From: an uncultured delta proteobacterium
GTDB taxonomy: Bacteria; Desulfobacterota; Syntrophobacteria; Syntrophobacterales; Syntrophobacteraceae
DNA: 64,000 bases
Assembly: GCA_963808625.1 (NCBI GenBank)
Contig: CAWEHK010000050.1
Location: 96,001 to 160,000 of the forward strand
Reading direction: 5' to 3'
Shown here: piece after piece, positions 42,469 to 52,481 of the stretch
Numbering within the stretch: position 1 is the first letter of the stretch
Layout of the letters: each line of letters starts with the position of its first letter
Notes under the pieces: generated by a model
Told to the model about the DNA's origin: nothing
Seen by the model: only the letters and a program-made list of their open reading frames with translations
Databases searched by the model: none
Translations under genes and position numbers: made by a program

Positions 42469-44369
42469 CTGGAACTCCGATATAAGGATACAAATAAATA
42501 ACGTAGGATAACAACTATATAGAATTAAACACTGTGAATCATTAATAAAAACAGCTCTGGATATTTCTCTTGCATTCGCTTCACAATAGGGTGGATTGGC
42601 CTATAGCCTGCTTGACCTGTTTCCTTTCGGCTTGGTGTTTGGGCATGACCACTCGAGAGCAAATGCAGCAGACGGTATTGAAGCGGCTCTTCTGGCACAC
42701 CGCAGAGCGAGATGATGCCAAGGTCGCGAACCACCTTTTCTGTCAAAGGGAGATGGACTCGGTCTTCACCCTTGATGAAGCCACACTCTTCGATTTCTTC
42801 TTTCAGTATTTGAGAGAGATTAAGGTCTTCCCCCTTCTTGAGACTATTACCCCCAAAGACCAAGAACGACAGCATGTTCCTTTCATTCAATTCATCATAG
42901 TCTTTCTCATGAAAGTCATTGGCTCCATTCCCAAGATGGAGCCCGTACACGATCTGCTCCTTACCGATGGACTCCTCATGGGCCTTTGTGGCTTTAACGC
43001 TTATCAAGTCAGAAATGGTAGTTGCGCAAGGGGCGTTAAACTTCGGACCACGCCGGTGCCTGAAGTGAGGGGAGCCATTTGTATCGACACCTTGGCCAGA
43101 CAGATGGTTAAAATCACTCCGAGGACCATAGAGAACCTCTTCAATCGCTGCATTCAACAGTTGGCTGGGTTGAACCTCTTTCCCAAGTACATCCATGCAG
43201 CTTGCGATGCCACCGACTTTGAGACCACCAAGCAGTTCAAGGGTTGCGGCGCGGTAACGCGCAAACGCAAAGTGGAGGCGCGCGGCTACCGGAAAAATGG
43301 TGAGCTCAAAACCGTGAAGGTAACCATTTATGGTTGGAAGGTCTGGGCCATTTACGAACTCAATACCGGCATTCCCTTGGCAATTAAAATTGACACCATT
43401 GAAAAGCCCGACAATCTGCATGTTCTTGCCGTTTTGAAACAGGCCACGGAAAATGTCGGACCCCGGAGCACAATCCGTTCCTTCGTTGTCGATCTGGGGT
43501 TCCTTGATGGCAAAGTGCTCTTTGCCATCGATCAACAGGGTATCGAATTCGTCATCCCACTCAAAAAGAACATGGATGCCGCTATTGATGCCCGCCAACT
43601 TGCCCTGGAAGCGGTTGACTCCCACCATGCTGCCAGAGAAATGGAAATCACTCACGGTTATGGCAAAGCAAAATACACCGAAAAAATTCGCACGGAGCTC
43701 ATTGGCGTACCTGCTCTCTTAACCTGTGACTGGTTTAAATCCGAGGGGTCCAAAACCAACACCACCAAAAAAGACTACCAACCCATCCCGCTCAACGCCG
43801 TGGTCGTCAAGACCTGGGATAATAAAACCCCGCCGTTGGATAAGCAGATCGTATTGGTAACCAACGGTCAGGTCAAGGATCCTTTTGTTGCCTTTGATCG
43901 CTACGATGATCGCAGCCTCATCGAAAACAATCTGTTTCGAGACACCAAACAAAACTGGTGCCTCGAACATCCTCCCAGAAAGACCAGGGAAGGCGTATGG
44001 GTGCAGGTCTATGTAGTCATGGCCATGAAAGCGCTGACTACCGCCTTTCTCATGTGGCAGCAAGAACAAGCGCGCCTTCACGAGGCCGGCGAGCAGACGA
44101 CTTGGAATATGTATCGTCGAAAGCTCAAAACCCTTAACCGTAACAAACTCATCGTTTTTGTTGATTCCTGTTTCGGTATCTTTTTCTCCCATGAAGTCTT
44201 CATGCTCGCAGGGATCCCTGTTCACGACACCGAAAAAGAACTCAAGCTCACCCGCGCTATAGTCTACACCCACTACACGGGCGTGGCCCCACCAGACTCC
44301 TCCTGACGAGCTTTCCTCCTCGCCACTCTCCGGGGATACTCTGCACAATTCCTTATATCGGAGTTTCAG
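42469..44369 (+). mobile_element. Complete 1901-bp insertion sequence (DDE, IS4-superfamily-like), 20-bp TIRs, 7-bp target duplication
   Basis: Left TIR CTGGAACTCCGATATAAGGA (42469-42488); right TIR TCCTTATATCGGAGTTTCAG (44350-44369), 19/20 match; TGCGAGC at 42462-42468 and 44370-44376. Confidence 0.93.
42645..44306 (+). CDS. DDE transposase, 553 aa
   Basis: CDATD, YGWK, VVDLGF, FVIPLKKNM, YDDRSLIEN..FRDTK (YREK-like); lies within the TIRs. Confidence 0.9.
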   Translation: MTTREQMQQTVLKRLFWHTAERDDAKVANHLFCQREMDSVFTLDEATLFDFFFQYLREIKVFPLLETITPKDQERQHVPFIQFIIVFLMKVIGSIPKMEPVHDLLLTDGLLMGLCGFNAYQVRNGSCARGVKLRTTPVPEVRGAICIDTLARQMVKITPRTIENLFNRCIQQLAGLNLFPKYIHAACDATDFETTKQFKGCGAVTRKRKVEARGYRKNGELKTVKVTIYGWKVWAIYELNTGIPLAIKIDTIEKPDNLHVLAVLKQATENVGPRSTIRSFVVDLGFLDGKVLFAIDQQGIEFVIPLKKNMDAAIDARQLALEAVDSHHAAREMEITHGYGKAKYTEKIRTELIGVPALLTCDWFKSEGSKTNTTKKDYQPIPLNAVVVKTWDNKTPPLDKQIVLVTNGQVKDPFVAFDRYDDRSLIENNLFRDTKQNWCLEHPPRKTREGVWVQVYVVMAMKALTTAFLMWQQEQARLHEAGEQTTWNMYRRKLKTLNRNKLIVFVDSCFGIFFSHEVFMLAGIPVHDTEKELKLTRAIVYTHYTGVAPPDSS

Positions 44370-44384
44370 TGCGAGCAAATATTC

Positions 44385-44413
44385 TTGACAACGTAAACGA
44401 CGGCCAGTATTCT
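44385..44413 (+). promoter_or_regulatory. Sigma-70-type promoter of the rightward wzm/wzt operon
   Basis: TTGACA (44385-44390), 17 nt, TATTCT (44408-44413). Confidence 0.65.
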
Positions 44414-44534
44414 AAATGGCTTGAAAAGCGGTTTCTTATCGTCTTTTCTGTGGCGGCGGGGCGGGCGTTGCGCTCCCCTGGCCGAGGAGAAGAAGGTTTC
44501 CTTACTTTTGGACTTTTGACGCAGAGGCTTTCTC

Positions 44535-45215
44535 GTGAAGCTTATTACGGGCGCTTCGCGCGGGATCGGGAAGTATCTCTTCGAGCATTATTCGAGTTTG
44601 GGTGAGGATGTTTCCGGTACATGGAATACTTCGCCCGTTCTTGATGAACGGATCGCCAAGGTCGACGTTACCGATTATGCTCAAGTCGATCGCTGGGTGA
44701 ACTCATTGCCGGCATCGCATATGCATGATCTGACACTCATCGCTTGCGCAGGGATTTCTTTTGCGGCAATGACTCATAAGTCCGACCCTCGCGAATGGGC
44801 GAAAGTGATCGAGACGAACCTTATTGGTGCGTTCCACGCAATCCGTTGTGTGCTCCCGATAATGCGGGAGCAGTCTTTCGGCAGGATCATCTGTTTTTCT
44901 TCCGTCGTCGCGGAACTTCCTGTCCCAGGGACGAGCGCATACGCTGCCTCAAAAGCGGCCCTGTGGGGATTGGTCAGGACAGTTGCCGCGGAGAATGCCT
45001 CAAGAAACGTTACCGCCAACTGCATAAACCTTGGCTATTCGTCAATCGGGATGGGCGAGGCGGTGCTAACCGATAAGATGCGGGAAGAGATGCTCTCTCG
45101 AATTCCTAGCGGTAGGTTCTGCGACCCGGACGAAATCCTCCGATCCGTTGAATTCCTCACGAACACTCCTTATGTAACCGGCTCTTGCCTTCAGCTCAAT
45201 GGCGGCCTCATTTAA
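44535..45215 (+). CDS. Short-chain dehydrogenase/reductase (FabG/PhaB-like)
   Basis: TGASRGIG, SSV, YAASK, NCINLG, IP.GR, VTG..L..NGG. Confidence 0.85.
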   Translation: MKLITGASRGIGKYLFEHYSSLGEDVSGTWNTSPVLDERIAKVDVTDYAQVDRWVNSLPASHMHDLTLIACAGISFAAMTHKSDPREWAKVIETNLIGAFHAIRCVLPIMREQSFGRIICFSSVVAELPVPGTSAYAASKAALWGLVRTVAAENASRNVTANCINLGYSSIGMGEAVLTDKMREEMLSRIPSGRFCDPDEILRSVEFLTNTPYVTGSCLQLNGGLI

Positions 45216-45247
45216 ACCTTTACCGTCAATCAATAGAGGGGGGCTTC

Positions 45248-45832
45248 ATGGATTCTTTTTACAGGCAAGAAGAACTGAACGATCTAGGTTTCAAGAGCAT
45301 TGGAAAAAATGTAAAGCTTTCCAAAAAAGCAGTGGTATACAACGCAGATAAAATCGAGATCGGCAACCATGTCCGAATTGATGATTTTTGTATCTTGTCG
45401 GGACGAATCATTTTCGGTGATTTTATCCATATAGGCGTATGTACTCGGCTCTCCGGCAGTATCGCCGGCCTGACTTTGAAAGATTTCTCCGGTGTTTCTT
45501 ATAATTCAACGATAATCGCGAGCGGGGACGACTACAGCGGAGAAGTACTGACAAATCCGACGATCCCCTGGAAGTTTAGAAAGATACTCCCTAATCCGGT
45601 TGTTCTCGAGAAGCACGCCCTCGTCGCTACGCATTGCGTCGTTCTCCCGGGGGTGACCATCGGCGAGGGGGCCGCTATCGGAGCAATGAGCCTCGTCATG
45701 CGGGACGTGGAGCCATGGTCCATTTATTTCGGTATCCCGGCCAAGAAGGTGAGAGAGAGAAAGCGACGCATTCTGGAGCTGGAGCAGCAGCTATATCGCG
45801 AATTGGCCGAGGGTACCGTCGAGATCCCTTGA
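45248..45832 (+). CDS. Hexapeptide-repeat acyltransferase (VioB-like)
   Basis: LGFKSIGKNV, VRIDDFCILSG, DDYSGE.LTNPTIP, VLPGVTIGEG, YFGIPAK. Confidence 0.82.
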   Translation: MDSFYRQEELNDLGFKSIGKNVKLSKKAVVYNADKIEIGNHVRIDDFCILSGRIIFGDFIHIGVCTRLSGSIAGLTLKDFSGVSYNSTIIASGDDYSGEVLTNPTIPWKFRKILPNPVVLEKHALVATHCVVLPGVTIGEGAAIGAMSLVMRDVEPWSIYFGIPAKKVRERKRRILELEQQLYRELAEGTVEIP

Positions 45833-45935
45833 TTTCTCGCCGGGGTGATCTGTCCGAACGTCATCGATCACATCCTGACAACCCAAACGTAGAAGCTCCT
45901 GGCCGGTTCTTAACCAACGAAGCAGTATTACCTGA

Positions 45936-46726
45936 ATGAATAATGCGTTGGGGCGCAACGCCCTGGAAGTAATTCAGTACCGTTCGGTACTTGGACAATT
46001 GGTGCATCAGTACCTCACCCTTCGCTACCGGCGAACAGCGTTGGGTTATTTATGGACGTTGATCAACCCACTGTTGATGATGTCCATAACGGCAGTGGTG
46101 TTTGCAACCCTGTTCAATCTGGATCTAGCCACTTATTCGGTCTTTTTGTTTGCCGGAATGGTGCCGTGGAACTGCTTCCAGCAGCTACCGTAACGCAGTC
46201 TTGCTCAGCCTTCCTCCTCAATGAGGGCTTGATCAAGAAGATTTACCTGCCCAAGCTTATTTTCCCGCTCAGCTTGTCATTAGGAATCTTGATCGACAGT
46301 GCCCTGGCTTTCGTCGCCTTGTTTTTGCTGATTCTCTTGTTCGGCGCGCCGATTTCCTGGGCATTGTTGTTTATCCCGGTCGCGTATAGCCTGCTCTTCC
46401 TTTTTTCTTTCGGGATTGGGCTGGTGGTCTCGGTGGCTACGGTATTCTTTCGCGACTTGCAATATGTTATCGGGGTATTGATGCAGGCATGGTTTTTCCT
46501 GACCCCCGTCATGTACCGACACGAAGCACTGACCGGCAAGGTGGCCTGGCTTGTCGCGCTGAACCCCATGGTCCCGTTTATTGAGTTGTTCCGGGCGCCG
46601 TTGAGCATGGGCCATTTGCCTTCGATGACGGCCATAACCTATGCTGCGGTTTTCGCCACGTGTTCGATGGTGGTAGGATTCTGCGTCTTCCTGGCTCAGG
46701 AAAATAAAGTCGTCTTCAGGTTGTGA
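45936..46726 (+). CDS. wzm: Polysaccharide ABC-2 exporter permease, frameshift near 46180
   Basis: LRYRRTALGYLWTLINPL, LIKKIYLP, FFRDLQY, FFLTPVMY, NPM. Confidence 0.88.
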
Positions 46727-46733
46727 GAGGCGA

Positions 46734-47483
46734 ATGTCAAGAATCTCTGTTGAAAACCTATCGATAAAGTTTCGCCTCTACCATGATCGTTCTCCGTCAC
46801 TGAAGGAGTACGTGTCCACTATTTTTCGTAAGCGTAAGCCATCCTCGTTTTCTGATTTCTATGCGGTCAAGGGGGTGTCTTTCACCGTTCAGGCTGGGGA
46901 GCGATTGGGTATCATCGGCCATAACGGTGCCGGCAAAAGCACGCTCTTGAAGGCCCTGTGCCGGATTTATGAGCCCAGCAGCGGCGCTATCCACGTGGAA
47001 GGGCGGGTTGCACCGCTGCTCGAGATCGGCGCCGGTTTTCACCCGGAATTTTCGGGTCGCGAGAACATCTATTTGAACGGCGCCATCCTGGGTTACAGCA
47101 AGGCTCAATTGGCCGCTATCGAGCACGAAGTGATTGCGTTTGCGGGCCTCGAAGAATTCATCGATACACCGGTCAAGTACTATTCTACAGGCATGTACCT
47201 GCGCCTCGCGTTTTCGTTGGCCACCTCCGTGGATCCTGACATTCTGGTTCTCGATGAACTGTTTGCCGGGGGAGACGTGAACTTTGTGCAGAAAGCCACC
47301 GCCCGGATGCACAAAATGATCGAGTCGGCAAGCATTCTCATCGTGGTCTCTCACGATACCAACCTGATCGGGTCCATGTGCACCCGTGTGGTCTGCATGG
47401 ACCACGGTCGGATCAAAGAGGATGGCCCCGCCGATGTGGTTCTGGCGAATTACCTGGCATCCGGTTCTACATCAGGAGAGTGA
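46734..47483 (+). CDS. wzt: Polysaccharide ABC exporter ATPase without C-terminal carbohydrate-binding module
   Basis: GHNGAGKST, GFHPEFSGREN, YSTGM..RLAF, VLDE, VSH; 249 aa. Confidence 0.9.
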   Translation: MSRISVENLSIKFRLYHDRSPSLKEYVSTIFRKRKPSSFSDFYAVKGVSFTVQAGERLGIIGHNGAGKSTLLKALCRIYEPSSGAIHVEGRVAPLLEIGAGFHPEFSGRENIYLNGAILGYSKAQLAAIEHEVIAFAGLEEFIDTPVKYYSTGMYLRLAFSLATSVDPDILVLDELFAGGDVNFVQKATARMHKMIESASILIVVSHDTNLIGSMCTRVVCMDHGRIKEDGPADVVLANYLASGSTSGE

Positions 47484-47488
47484 GACCC

Positions 47489-48850
47489 GTGTTCGAAGAA
47501 AGGTTCCCCAGACTGGCCGAGTTTTATCGTTCCCGATTGCGCAGATACCCGCTGATTCGCATCCCGAAAGAAGCCATCTGGTCGGCGGTGTGGTATACTC
47601 GGTGGAAAATCGTGCGGCCGGTGGTGCAGGCGATCATTCCAAGGACGGTTCAGCGATATCTCCACATAATTAGGAGTGGGGGCGTTCGCACCCTCTGGAG
47701 ACGCTGGCGCGAACCGAGCGTGCCGTTGCTTTCACTGACTGCGGCGGCGACTTCACAAGCGGGCAGGATCGAGGTGCTGAGTGCGCCCGAGCGGGTGCCT
47801 ACGCCCCCACCGGGCGTATATCCTGCAGCATCGGGACCGATTCTGCCGCCGGCAGCCGATGCCTACGAGTTCCCCTCGATCGTCGTTGCGGAATTGTTTG
47901 ATGCCGAAGTCTCCGGCATCAGCAACTTCGTGCGATCGAATGGCGTGACGGTTCACCACGACCTGTACCGGTTTTCGCACGATTTCACATCTGAAGAGCT
48001 GCACGGAAAGATTCGCATATATCCCCAGGAATACCTTGTTAAACATTACATTAAACCGGAGATACGGCACCATCTCCCGGTTGCTGCCGCCTTCACCGAT
48101 GCGTGTGCACCGAACTACGCCCATTGGCTGACCGAGGTGCTGCCCCGCATCAACCTGTTCTGTCGCACCAACCCCGACGTCACCATCCCTTTGATTGTGG
48201 ATGCGGGGTTGCATCCAAACCTGGAGGAATCACTTCGTGCCGTGGCGGGCGATGAGGCTGAAATTATCAGGTTGGGCCCGGACGATGCGGCCCTCGTGAA
48301 GCGCTTGATTGTCACTTCGCCGGCAGGCTATATTCCGTTCGATCGCCGCGGGTCTGCACAGTCCGGCCATTCACACGGCATTTTCAGTCCTTATGCCCTT
48401 GCCCTGATGGGCAAACATTTGGGCAGCGTTCTGGAACGGCCGGTGACAGCTCTACCCACCAGGTTTTTTTTGCAGCGCAATTCACCCATACGGACGATGA
48501 GAAATGAGCAGCAACTCGCGGAAAAGCTCGTGAGTCGAGGATTTTCGGTGATCCAGCCGGAGTGCCTGTCTTTTGCCGAGCAATACCACCTGTTCGCCAA
48601 TGCTGAAGTGATCGTGGGCGCAACCGGCGCAGGGCTGGCAAACCTCGTGTTCTGTCCGCAATCGGCCCGATTGATCATATGCTTCTCGATCCATCCTCGC
48701 CATAGCTATGGTTACTGGCAGAACATGGCCGCAGCTTTGGGCAACAAGGTGAACTATGTGTTTGGGACTACGGTTGGTCCCGGGGCGCATGGTCTTCACG
48801 CCGATTTTCGCGTCGATGTGGACGCTGTGGTGCGTGCTCTTGAACAGTAG
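47489..48850 (+). CDS. GT61/DUF563-family glycosyltransferase (copy 1)
   Basis: NYAHWLTEVLPRI, R.M.NE..L, PE.LSFAEQ..LF.NAEVIVGATGAGLANLVFC. Confidence 0.8.
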   Translation: MFEERFPRLAEFYRSRLRRYPLIRIPKEAIWSAVWYTRWKIVRPVVQAIIPRTVQRYLHIIRSGGVRTLWRRWREPSVPLLSLTAAATSQAGRIEVLSAPERVPTPPPGVYPAASGPILPPAADAYEFPSIVVAELFDAEVSGISNFVRSNGVTVHHDLYRFSHDFTSEELHGKIRIYPQEYLVKHYIKPEIRHHLPVAAAFTDACAPNYAHWLTEVLPRINLFCRTNPDVTIPLIVDAGLHPNLEESLRAVAGDEAEIIRLGPDDAALVKRLIVTSPAGYIPFDRRGSAQSGHSHGIFSPYALALMGKHLGSVLERPVTALPTRFFLQRNSPIRTMRNEQQLAEKLVSRGFSVIQPECLSFAEQYHLFANAEVIVGATGAGLANLVFCPQSARLIICFSIHPRHSYGYWQNMAAALGNKVNYVFGTTVGPGAHGLHADFRVDVDAVVRALEQ

Positions 48851-48961
48851 ATCCTCTATGCTGCACCGCTGCCTCTATCTGCCGAGCGCGGTGAGATAGC
48901 CAACCCGGCAATTCTCCGAAGGCGCTCGCCTGACATGGTATTTTTGAAGGACAAAGGTAAG

Positions 48962-49375
48962 ATGTCTGTCGCTGACTGTCATTTGATCGATCTGCCCAGA
49001 ATTCAGGACCCGCGCGGAAACCTGACGTTCATCGAGGGCTCTCGTCACGTCCCCTTTGATATCCGGCGGGTGTATTACCTGTACGATGTTCCCGGTGGTG
49101 CCGAGCGGGGAGGACACGGACACCGGGCCCTGCAGCAAGTGATCATCGCCATGTCCGGGGCGTTTGATGTCCATATTGATGACGGCTACGACAAAAAGGT
49201 CTTTCAATTGAACCGCAGCTATTTCGGGCTCTATATCTGTCCGATGATGTGGCGGAATATCACCAACTTCTCCTCGGGCGCCGTATGCCTGGTGCTTGCT
49301 TCCGATCTTTACGCGGAAAGCGACTACTTTCGCGATTACGAGGAATTTCTCTTGGCAGCAAAGAAAACAGGATGA
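48962..49375 (+). CDS. fdtA: dTDP-4-keto-6-deoxyhexose 3,4-ketoisomerase (FdtA/QdtA cupin)
   Basis: DPRGNLTFIE, PFDIRRVYYLYDVP, RGGHGH, CLVLAS..Y.E.DY.RDY. Confidence 0.85.
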   Translation: MSVADCHLIDLPRIQDPRGNLTFIEGSRHVPFDIRRVYYLYDVPGGAERGGHGHRALQQVIIAMSGAFDVHIDDGYDKKVFQLNRSYFGLYICPMMWRNITNFSSGAVCLVLASDLYAESDYFRDYEEFLLAAKKTG

Positions 49376-49383
49376 ATTGACTC

Positions 49384-50487
49384 ATGGACGTTCCCTTTCT
49401 GGATCTCAAAGCGGCCCATGCGGAACTCGAGACCTCACTGCGTGACGGGTTCGAAAGAGTGATCAACTCGGGATGGTTTATCCAGGGCAGCGAGCTCAGC
49501 ACCTTCGAGCAGGAGTTCGCCGCCTACTGCGGAACGGAGCACTGTGTCGGGGTTGGCAACGGCCTCGATGCCCTGCATCTCATCTTGCGCGCCTACGGTA
49601 TCGGAGCGGGCGACGAGGTGATTGTGCCGACCAATACGTTTATCGCCACATGGCTGGCCGTGAGTTACGCGGGTGCCACCGTCGTTCCCGTGGAACCTGA
49701 TGCGCAAACCCACAACCTCGACGCAAAATTACTTGAAGCCGCCGTGACCCCGAGAACGCGCTCCGTCATTGCCGTGCATCTTTATGGGCAGCCCGCCGAA
49801 ATGGATACCATCCAGGCCGTGGCCCGGAAGCACCAACTGACGCTCATTGAAGACGCTGCGCAGGCGCACGGTGCTAGGTTTGCCGGCAGGCGCGCCGGCG
49901 GTCTGGGCGATGCGGCTGGCTTCAGTTTTTACCCGGGCAAGAACCTGGGGGCCCTGGGAGATGCCGGTGCCGTAACCACCAACGACGCCGCCCTCGCCAG
50001 GGAGCTCCGGCTGCTCCGCAGTTATGGCTCCACCCAGCGCTACCAGCACGACCTGCAGGGGTACAATTCCCGCCTGGACGAGATGCAGGCGGCATTCCTG
50101 CGGGCAAAGCTGCCGCACCTCGATCAGTGGAATGAGCGGAGACGCGAAATTGCCGATCGCTACCTGGCCGGCCTGGAAGGATGCGGCTTGATTCTTCCTG
50201 TCGTCCTTGATGAATGCGTACCCGTTTGGCACCTCTTTGTGGTGCGCAGCAGGCAGCGGGATCCGTTGCAGAAGTTCCTGGCGTCTCATGGCGTCGAAAC
50301 CCTCATTCATTATCCGACTGCGCCACACCTGCAATTGGCCTACGCCAACCGAAGGTGGCCGCGCGGGACCTTTCCCGTGGCTGAACAGCTGCAGGACGAA
50401 ATCCTGAGTTTGCCGATTTACCCCCAACTTTCAGACGAACAGGTCGCGTGGGTCATCAAGATTTGTCGCGAGTTCGAGAGATTGTGA
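49384..50487 (+). CDS. fdtB: dTDP-3-amino-3,6-dideoxyhexose aminotransferase (FdtB-like, DegT/DnrJ family)
   Basis: [45 protein letters not shown]; follows fdtA. Confidence 0.82.
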   Translation: MDVPFLDLKAAHAELETSLRDGFERVINSGWFIQGSELSTFEQEFAAYCGTEHCVGVGNGLDALHLILRAYGIGAGDEVIVPTNTFIATWLAVSYAGATVVPVEPDAQTHNLDAKLLEAAVTPRTRSVIAVHLYGQPAEMDTIQAVARKHQLTLIEDAAQAHGARFAGRRAGGLGDAAGFSFYPGKNLGALGDAGAVTTNDAALARELRLLRSYGSTQRYQHDLQGYNSRLDEMQAAFLRAKLPHLDQWNERRREIADRYLAGLEGCGLILPVVLDECVPVWHLFVVRSRQRDPLQKFLASHGVETLIHYPTAPHLQLAYANRRWPRGTFPVAEQLQDEILSLPIYPQLSDEQVAWVIKICREFERL

Positions 50488-50531
50488 TGTCTTTGGCAGA
50501 ACTACCCTGACCACCAATGACGGTAAGTGGC

Positions 50532-50661
50532 GTCCAAAAATAAAAGGCCTTCTTTTACCACGAAGAACACGAAGGACACGAAGTGATTTCTTCGTGTCCT
50601 TCGTGTTCTTCGTGGTTCAAAAAAGGGTTGAAATGGGTGCAAGTTGTTTTTGGACAGGTTC
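50532..50661. repeat. MITE-like element enclosing a perfect 27-bp inverted repeat built from 9-mers
   Basis: accacgaagaacacgaaggacacgaag (50557-50583), 6-nt loop, exact reverse complement (50590-50616); outer gtccaaaaa / tttttggac. Confidence 0.8.
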
Positions 50662-50832
50662 TAAGTTTATGAAGTTGAGGAGTGCCAAGGATAATGGTTC
50701 CTGTGACAGAGATACAAAACTCTGCACGCAAGCAGTCCGACTGAACTCAAGAATACCGTTGTGCCGTAAATTTTGGTACAAGACTTTACGACTCAATCAA
50801 CAGTCCGGCCTCACATGAATCGGGAAGCGTAG

Positions 50833-50942
50833 CTAGTGTCCATCCGGAAACCACATCTTGTAGGAGGGGCTTCCAGCCGAGATCGGGGCTAGAAGCCCCT
50901 CCTACAGAGCAAGGTGCCACTTTCCGGATGAGAACTGGCTAG
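50833..50942. repeat. MITE-like element enclosing a GTAG-type REP doublet
   Basis: catccggaaa (50841-50850) / tttccggatg (50921-50930); inner tgtaggaggggcttccagcc (50859-50878) / ggctagaagcccctcctaca (50887-50906), 19/20. Confidence 0.75.
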
Positions 50943-50980
50943 TTTGTAAATTGAGACCTATTTTTGACCACAATTAAGGA

Positions 50981-52282
50981 ATGCCCGTGAAAAAGAGATC
51001 ATTTATCAGGACCATCTCCGGCGACCCCTTTGATATCCCTGCAGATAGAGCTCTGTTCGAGAAGATAGTAGAGGATATGAGTAAGAATAGCGGCCACTTC
51101 AGGCCCGCGCCGGTTTGGGATATACAGCGTGACGGCCAGCAAGGTGATGAAGATTCTGTCTCACAATCACAACCTCAAGAGATGACGCCCTCCGGATGTC
51201 CGGAGGAGACTTTTCAAAGATACTACTCGAATATGAAACAAATGCTGGATCCGTGGATTGGATGCACCGGCCTGCAAAGCATTTCGCCCGAGTTCGTGTC
51301 GCTTTACCTCGATTTCCTTAAAGAAATTGATTTATTAAATATTGTTCCAACCTATTTCAATCCGGATGGTTCCTTAAAAGAAGAGGCCAGAAAACTTATT
51401 TTAACGGACCTCGGGAGCATGATTGACGTGAACCTTATCGACGCCTTCGCCTCACCAACGAAATCGATAAAAGTCATTGAAGTTGGTGGTGGCTATGGAC
51501 GTCTTGCTGAGGCTTTGATTAACATCTATGACTCCAATATCAAGTATTGTCTTGTCGATGCAGTTCCGGCCAGTATACTTTACTCTTATCAATACCTCAA
51601 AAAGACTTTCCCCAATCTTAGGATTGGATTCTATTATAATAATGATGAATTTGATTTAAAGCGATTTGACTGTTTCATTGTCCCTGCATGGCACTTTGAA
51701 AAAATGAATAATATCACCTATGACATAGCTGTAAATATTCAGAGCATGCAGGAAATGGAGCAGCATCATGTCGATTATTACCTCAATTTGTTCGATAAAA
51801 TCGTCAAAAAAAATGGCCTCATCTACTTGGCGAATGAGAAAAATTATATCTTTCAAGGGAAGTGGAATTTCCCGGACAATTGGGAAATACTCTTAAAACA
51901 TCGAAGTCCTCGTTGTTTCACCCGCAGCTCTCCTCTTGAAATGTTTCGCAAAACGAACAGTGACGCACGGGCCAAAAATACGGCTTACCTGTTAAGATAT
52001 TTTGAATCTCTAACTCTTGTGGATCACCAAAACAAAATCAATGAATTGTCTCAGCTCATTTCTAGAGTTGATGATTCACTTCACATGTTCGAAAATGGTC
52101 AGCGCAATAAGAATAATGAGTCAGAGGCTCGGGTGAATCAGTTGGAATCATTTGTCTCTCAGCAAATTATGAATGATATTAATCAGTTAAGAATGAGCCA
52201 ACAAAATTTGCCTGACATCGAAAAGCTGCTTGTTCCAATTATTTCATTTCTAAAGAAGATCCGAAGTTATTTTAGGAACTGA
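50981..52282 (+). CDS. Putative sugar O-methyltransferase (class I SAM) with C-terminal coiled coil
   Basis: VIEVGGGYGRLA, CLVD, DIAVNIQSMQEM...V..Y; heptad-like Q/N/E-rich region, then IISFLKKIRSYF; AT-rich. Confidence 0.72.
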   Translation: MPVKKRSFIRTISGDPFDIPADRALFEKIVEDMSKNSGHFRPAPVWDIQRDGQQGDEDSVSQSQPQEMTPSGCPEETFQRYYSNMKQMLDPWIGCTGLQSISPEFVSLYLDFLKEIDLLNIVPTYFNPDGSLKEEARKLILTDLGSMIDVNLIDAFASPTKSIKVIEVGGGYGRLAEALINIYDSNIKYCLVDAVPASILYSYQYLKKTFPNLRIGFYYNNDEFDLKRFDCFIVPAWHFEKMNNITYDIAVNIQSMQEMEQHHVDYYLNLFDKIVKKNGLIYLANEKNYIFQGKWNFPDNWEILLKHRSPRCFTRSSPLEMFRKTNSDARAKNTAYLLRYFESLTLVDHQNKINELSQLISRVDDSLHMFENGQRNKNNESEARVNQLESFVSQQIMNDINQLRMSQQNLPDIEKLLVPIISFLKKIRSYFRN

Positions 52283-52340
52283 AGTCATAACTGAGTTATT
52301 CGTTAACTTTATTGACTTAATTAACACTAATTGTTTCCAA

Positions 52341-52365
52341 GCCTCCGGCTTTGCCGGAGGCATTT
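52341..52365 (+). terminator. Hairpin GCCTCCGGC-TTT-GCCGGAGGC; possible terminator or IS200/IS605-type end remnant
   Basis: Perfect 9-bp stem about 60 nt after the methyltransferase stop; short T tract only. Confidence 0.4.
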
Positions 52366-52481
52366 GGCTCTCGCTTCACCAAGCGCCCTTATGGTGTTCT
52401 CCGCAGCTCATTGCCTCGTTGGAGACCCGGCTTGCCGCTGGGTGAAGAGTCCAGCGCTTAACAACTGGAAGGAATGATCGG

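Noticed and set aside
44452..44472. ops/JUMPstart element
   Set aside because: ggcggcggggcgggcgttg does not match GGCGGTAG well enough
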